The notes under the pieces were generated by a model. That model saw only the letters and a program-made list of their open reading frames with translations. It ran no database searches and was not told where the DNA came from. Below are positions 59,438 through 64,000 of a DNA stretch of 64,000 nt, one piece after another. The stretch covers positions 15,217,974-15,281,973 of the forward strand of contig OZ316899.1 of the NCBI GenBank assembly GCA_973895155.1, in the 5' to 3' direction. Position numbers and translations under genes: made by a program. Positions within the stretch are counted from its first letter, which is position 1; the number at the start of each line of letters is the position of its first letter. This stretch comes from Marsupella aquatica. Taxonomy: Eukaryota > Plantae > Marchantiophyta.

Positions 59438-62400
59438 CTTGCAATTCTCCTCATGTACCAGCAGCTTGCTGGCCCGCCCGCTCTTGCTTCGCCCTCACGC
59501 CCCTCGTCCCGAGTAACCACAAGACGTCAAGAAACACTTTGCTACGCCGGGACTTAGTTTTGGGTTGACAACATTTGGCCGGCTGCCCTCCCTATTTCCT
59601 TTGCAAAATATAGGGTGTTGTTGGTGCGCAATTCGAGCTTCCGTTGTTGACCCTACTACGTATTCGGCAACACTCGTGCCTGTTTCTTCATAGAAATGCG
59701 AGTTCAATTTGTTCTCATATAGCCGGCAATCGACGCTCCCAAAATGTGTCACACGATTCAGTGTGCTGTCATAGCCGATTCAACAACATTTGCGTCTACT
59801 TCCTTCACAAAAATGGTAGATTTGCGTACGACAACTATACAGGCGTTTCTGCCCCAAAAATGACTTCTTTCAAAATCAATTTCCTTCACATAATAGCCAG
59901 CCGACGCATCCCGTACTTATCCGGCTCAATGAACGCAGATCAAACATTTACCCTCCATAGAATACTATCGCACCCGATCTGGTTGCAGCCAATCGATACA
60001 ACTCAAACACATCAATCGGCAAGCAAGGAACACAAACAATCTGCACAGACTGTCGACAAATCCGATACCACACTTCACTTCAGTGTGATCCGAATCTGAT
60101 TAGAGCCGCATATAGACTACAGATCTGTCAAACCTCCAACTCCAGATCCGCTCAAGGATCAAACTCACATGGTCTTAACTTGGATCCACATACCAGCAAT
60201 CCAACCAAGCACTACGATGCGCAATCCGAGATACCACAAACCGTTGCCAAACACAATCAAACTGAAAATTGAAGCTCTGTCCAAGCAGTGTTCAAGCTCA
60301 GATCTTTTGATGTAATCTCAAAAGAATTGAATCACAATTGATGCCAACAATACGCACTCAATCCCGTCCAATCCGATCACACATATGTCAAGCCAATGCA
60401 CCTTGCACTCAAGGGATTCACGTTACATAGAAGGACTCCAACAACCATAGCCACAACATGAGCTCCTCTCCAAGGCTCAACATTGAAAGATAACCTTTCA
60501 ATGCCTCACAAGAGAGAACTACCCTCTCACACAAACCTAACAAAACCTTATTGGCTCATATAGCACACATGCTAAACATACGGATCTAGATAGTACGATA
60601 CACTCTAACACTACCTAGAATGGGGTGACATCTCCCCGCTCATTGATTGGCTTGACTGTTCACGATTGAAGCTTGGTCCTTATTCCTTTGGTCCAAATTT
60701 GAGCATGCCAAAGATTTGATTCTGGGCAGTTATACAGACCCAAGAGTGATAGCCATAATGCCCTCCTAATCATGTGGTACATTAGGTGCCCCATTAGGTG
60801 CCGTGCCGCCAGCCCGAGTGGGAACTTTTAACTTCTCCTATGCCTAGAATAATCATCACAACTAAGTAACCTACTATCATTGTGCTACTAATTGTACTTC
60901 TATGTCTATGTAAGGCATACTTTATATGTATTATGCCGTATCACGGGTTACCCGCCGTGCTGGTAGCGTCATAGTGGGTCTATTTAAGCAAATTTTCTCT
61001 GAATCTAGAGAGGGAGAACCTTGTCAAACAACCAATTTTGATTGTTGGGGGAGTCGGGAGTCTAATTCCATTACAAACTAGGGACTAGTCGTTTGAAAAT
61101 AGTACTTAGTCGTTTGAAAGTTGCATCCAAGCAATATCCATTGCAAACAGAACTACAAAAGTTTGAGTGGATGCATGTGTTCTAGGTTTTGTGTGGAGTG
61201 GAGAACCTATGTCTGTTAAGGTTCCTCCTCCCATTTTCATTCAACTAAATCCACTACCTAGTTGAAAGCCAAAGCATATTAGTGAGTTTATGGACACACC
61301 TTGGAGTTTACAAGTTTTGGAAATTGGTTTTGGTTGGCGATGCCTCCATTCTTGGGAATTCACTCCATAAAAATGGTACATCACGTGCGATGAAGGATAG
61401 GCACATTTTATTAATTTGAAGGGAGACTTAAGAATTTTTGTAGAAGAACAATAGGGTCTTTTAAATTCAATTTTGAGACTTATGAGAACATTAGGGTCTT
61501 TCTAACCAAAATTTTGGAATATTCCAACTTTATAGGGTTGACAAATTTTATTTTCTTACATTTTAGGGGTTTGAGGCCTAAAAACATCGCAGGGATGGGG
61601 AGGCATCCATATAGTGAGACCTCCGAGTCTCCATTCCAACAAAATCATAATTAATATTTGGAAGATTGTGTTGCTTGGGGCTTGTGAAACATATTATTTT
61701 GGGGAATGGTGAGACGAGAATGATTACCAAGGGTGCGTGAAGTAACCTTCTGAATAGTATCTTCCTAACAGGGCATGAAAAATTGTTTGACACACGGGCT
61801 AGAGATCTCGCTAGTCTTACTAATGGAACTGCAGGATGTGTTTCAGGCAAAAGATGTAGTGTACTAAACCCATCTGGAAGTGGGACCTTTAAAGGACCAA
61901 GACTATATCAGACTAGTTTCACACCAAACCCAAACATTCATATCTTCTATTGAGTATTCATGGCATATAAGGCTAGCGATCTCGCTAGTATTAACGGTGG
62001 TAGTATGTAAAGAAAATAATAGAGCCGCATCAATCACCCAACCTTTATTATCTATAAGGTGAGAGTCAACATGGCCGGAACAAGGTCCTTACGGGGAGAA
62101 CCTCAGTAAGCCAAGGGTATCCAATGTGACCTACAAAACCCAAAAAGGACAAAACAAACAATTGAAGAAAACTAGTCTTCTTCACATAGATGCTACCTTG
62201 TAAGCATCGGAGTTGTAATCAAACTCTGTGTTGTAATCGGAAGATGCAATGTGATCCTCTACCCAATAGATGTGGTTCTCTCTATCAATCCAATAGGCCT
62301 TCTCCTCTTTGAGTCTCTTGCGCTTGGAGGGGGCCGTGAGCTGATTCTTCTCGGTTTGGTCAGGAGCTTTGGCGGATTTATGAGATTCAAAAAGCACAGT

Positions 62401-63322
62401 AGAAGGAGTTTGTGGCATGATGGAGGATGAGCCCACTGACGGCGCACAGGAACTATCATTCTTGGCACAGGGTGTGAGCCGGATGATTTCTGTGGCTCAG
62501 GGTGTGGTATATGTCTTGGAGGAGAAACATCCTTGAGTGGGTCATCGGTTTTCGGATTGTAACACTACACCTCCAACTTGGGTATGACTACCATGCGAGG
62601 AAACAGGAAAAAAAATGCTCGTAACAGGATTTTATTTGCTGTAAGAAGGTTTTTTTTGGCAAAATGGGCCCTTTTTCTCTCATAACAAGGTTTAGATGTC
62701 AACCCGCTAGTTATAACTTGCCTCGCTAGCCAAAAATGGCCGAGCAGTTTGGTTGGATTTATCAGAGAAGGTGCTGTAAGCCAGCACAATTCAGGCAAAA
62801 ATTACTAACGGTCTCGAGTTCTACTTTTCATTTCCAACTAGGGTTTAGGGTTTGGGCAATCATACAAAGACCACCCCACTACAAACATGATATTTCACCT
62901 TATGAGGGGAAAATAACCTCGCCATTCATAGTCTGATACAATCACACCTCATTCAATAATGTAATATGATTCAGGCATCCTATTTCGTATGCACAAGGAA
63001 AAACAACAAGGGTGTTTCTCTGAATAACCACCATTTGTTCAAATAATACACCATAAATGAACTGTTTTAAAAATGAAGGCTAGCGACCTCGCTAGCAAAA
63101 AAACAACCAACATATGGTATTTTTGTATATGCTTGAAAAGAACATTCCTTTATTAATGGAAATATCTATGCTCACAACTTAGAAACAAAATATTCTACTC
63201 CTTATGGTCATGATATCATGGTCAAAATATCTCACCCTCCGAGAAATCTAAATTAATTAAAACAAAATCCAACTTACTTCTCACTTAAAAACAAAACTCT
63301 TTCCAAAGAGGACCTGTCCATC

Positions 63323-63993
63323 TCAAACCTCAAGTGCCCGTTGAGTAAGATCAGAAATTTCAGCTATGGTTAAAATAGGCTGCTTAACAATATCATCACT
63401 ATCCAAGTTCAAACGGTAAACATTCTTAAAAACCCAAAGAATATGTTTGCAAGACATATAAGATTTTCCATGCGAATGCCGCTTGAAGAAATCTGGACAG
63501 GAACAACAAGGAAAAGAGCACAACTGAATCCAATATTTTCTCGACTTACTTGGATTGTTTTCATGAGTAGCAATCAAAAACTGTGATCCCCATCCGTTTC
63601 CTTGGACGACTTTCTCAGAAGCTACGACCCTCATTTGTTCGTCATTTGCAGCCTGAATCCTTTTCAAGAGTTATCCTGTGAAGTTGAAACGCTGCGAGTA
63701 CCTTTTCCATTCCGTATCTTCATTCGTCTATTTGGGTAGGTTACATCAACCTTCTCTGGAAAAGAGTTCACGTCAATGCGAAGTTCCACCCGGTTTGGAG
63801 GAGAAACAATGCCATCTGGTTGGCAGTCCATGTAGTAGAGACCCTCAATTTGAAAACCCATCTGAATCAAGAAGTTGATTTCAGGAGGTGTTAACCCTGT
63901 CCCTCGATGAACTTTCAGAGATTGACTTGTTTTGTGACAGATATTGTTTGGACAGAAGTACAGAAGTTGAGTGTGCAGCGAAGTGATCCTCAA
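63323..63993 (-). pseudogene. SWIM zinc-finger protein, 3' part, frameshifted; possibly transposon-derived
   Basis: CSCPDF...CKHILWV (CxC...CxH) in ORF 63323-63667; overlapping ORF 63664-63993 continues towards the window edge. Confidence 0.7.
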
Positions 63994-64000
63994 ACCGTGG

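Noticed and set aside
60040-60945. Additional solo LTR right of the DNMT-Gypsy
   Set aside because: The texture is LTR-like, but I could not find convincing TG...CA ends with a TSD or a second copy.

Overview
This 64-kb window reads as plant (streptophyte, probably non-seed) heterochromatin made almost entirely of nested transposable elements. I found no intact host gene, rRNA, tRNA or CRISPR array. From left to right: (i) a probable large LTR (1-2164) abutting a degenerate Ty3/Gypsy chromovirus (~2165-16368), whose 3' LTR is split by a complete non-chromovirus Gypsy element (7566-14976; 761-bp LTRs, CCGG TSD); (ii) an FCP1/NIF-like phosphatase pseudogene split by a 3-kb solo LTR (17496-20489, TSD ATGTT); (iii) a left-truncated CACTA element (~23850-47168) containing a complete 15.9-kb CACTA (27213-43084; 18-bp TIRs, TGT TSD). 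The inner CACTA carries a cassette of host-like domains: an intact EDM2-type multi-PHD ORF, an intact tandem-BRCT ORF, an F-box fragment and a Cys-rich ORF; (iv) a minus-strand Ty3/Gypsy element (~47169-59437) whose pol has a DNMT3-like cytosine-5 methyltransferase domain between protease and RT. It is interrupted by a CACAA-ended non-autonomous DNA transposon (49312-51661) and a second solo LTR (53792-56907); (v) a SWIM zinc-finger ORF at the right edge. The two strongest leads are the methyltransferase-carrying retrotransposon and the CACTA-borne PHD/BRCT/F-box cassette. Protein family calls come from motifs recognised by eye, not from database searches.
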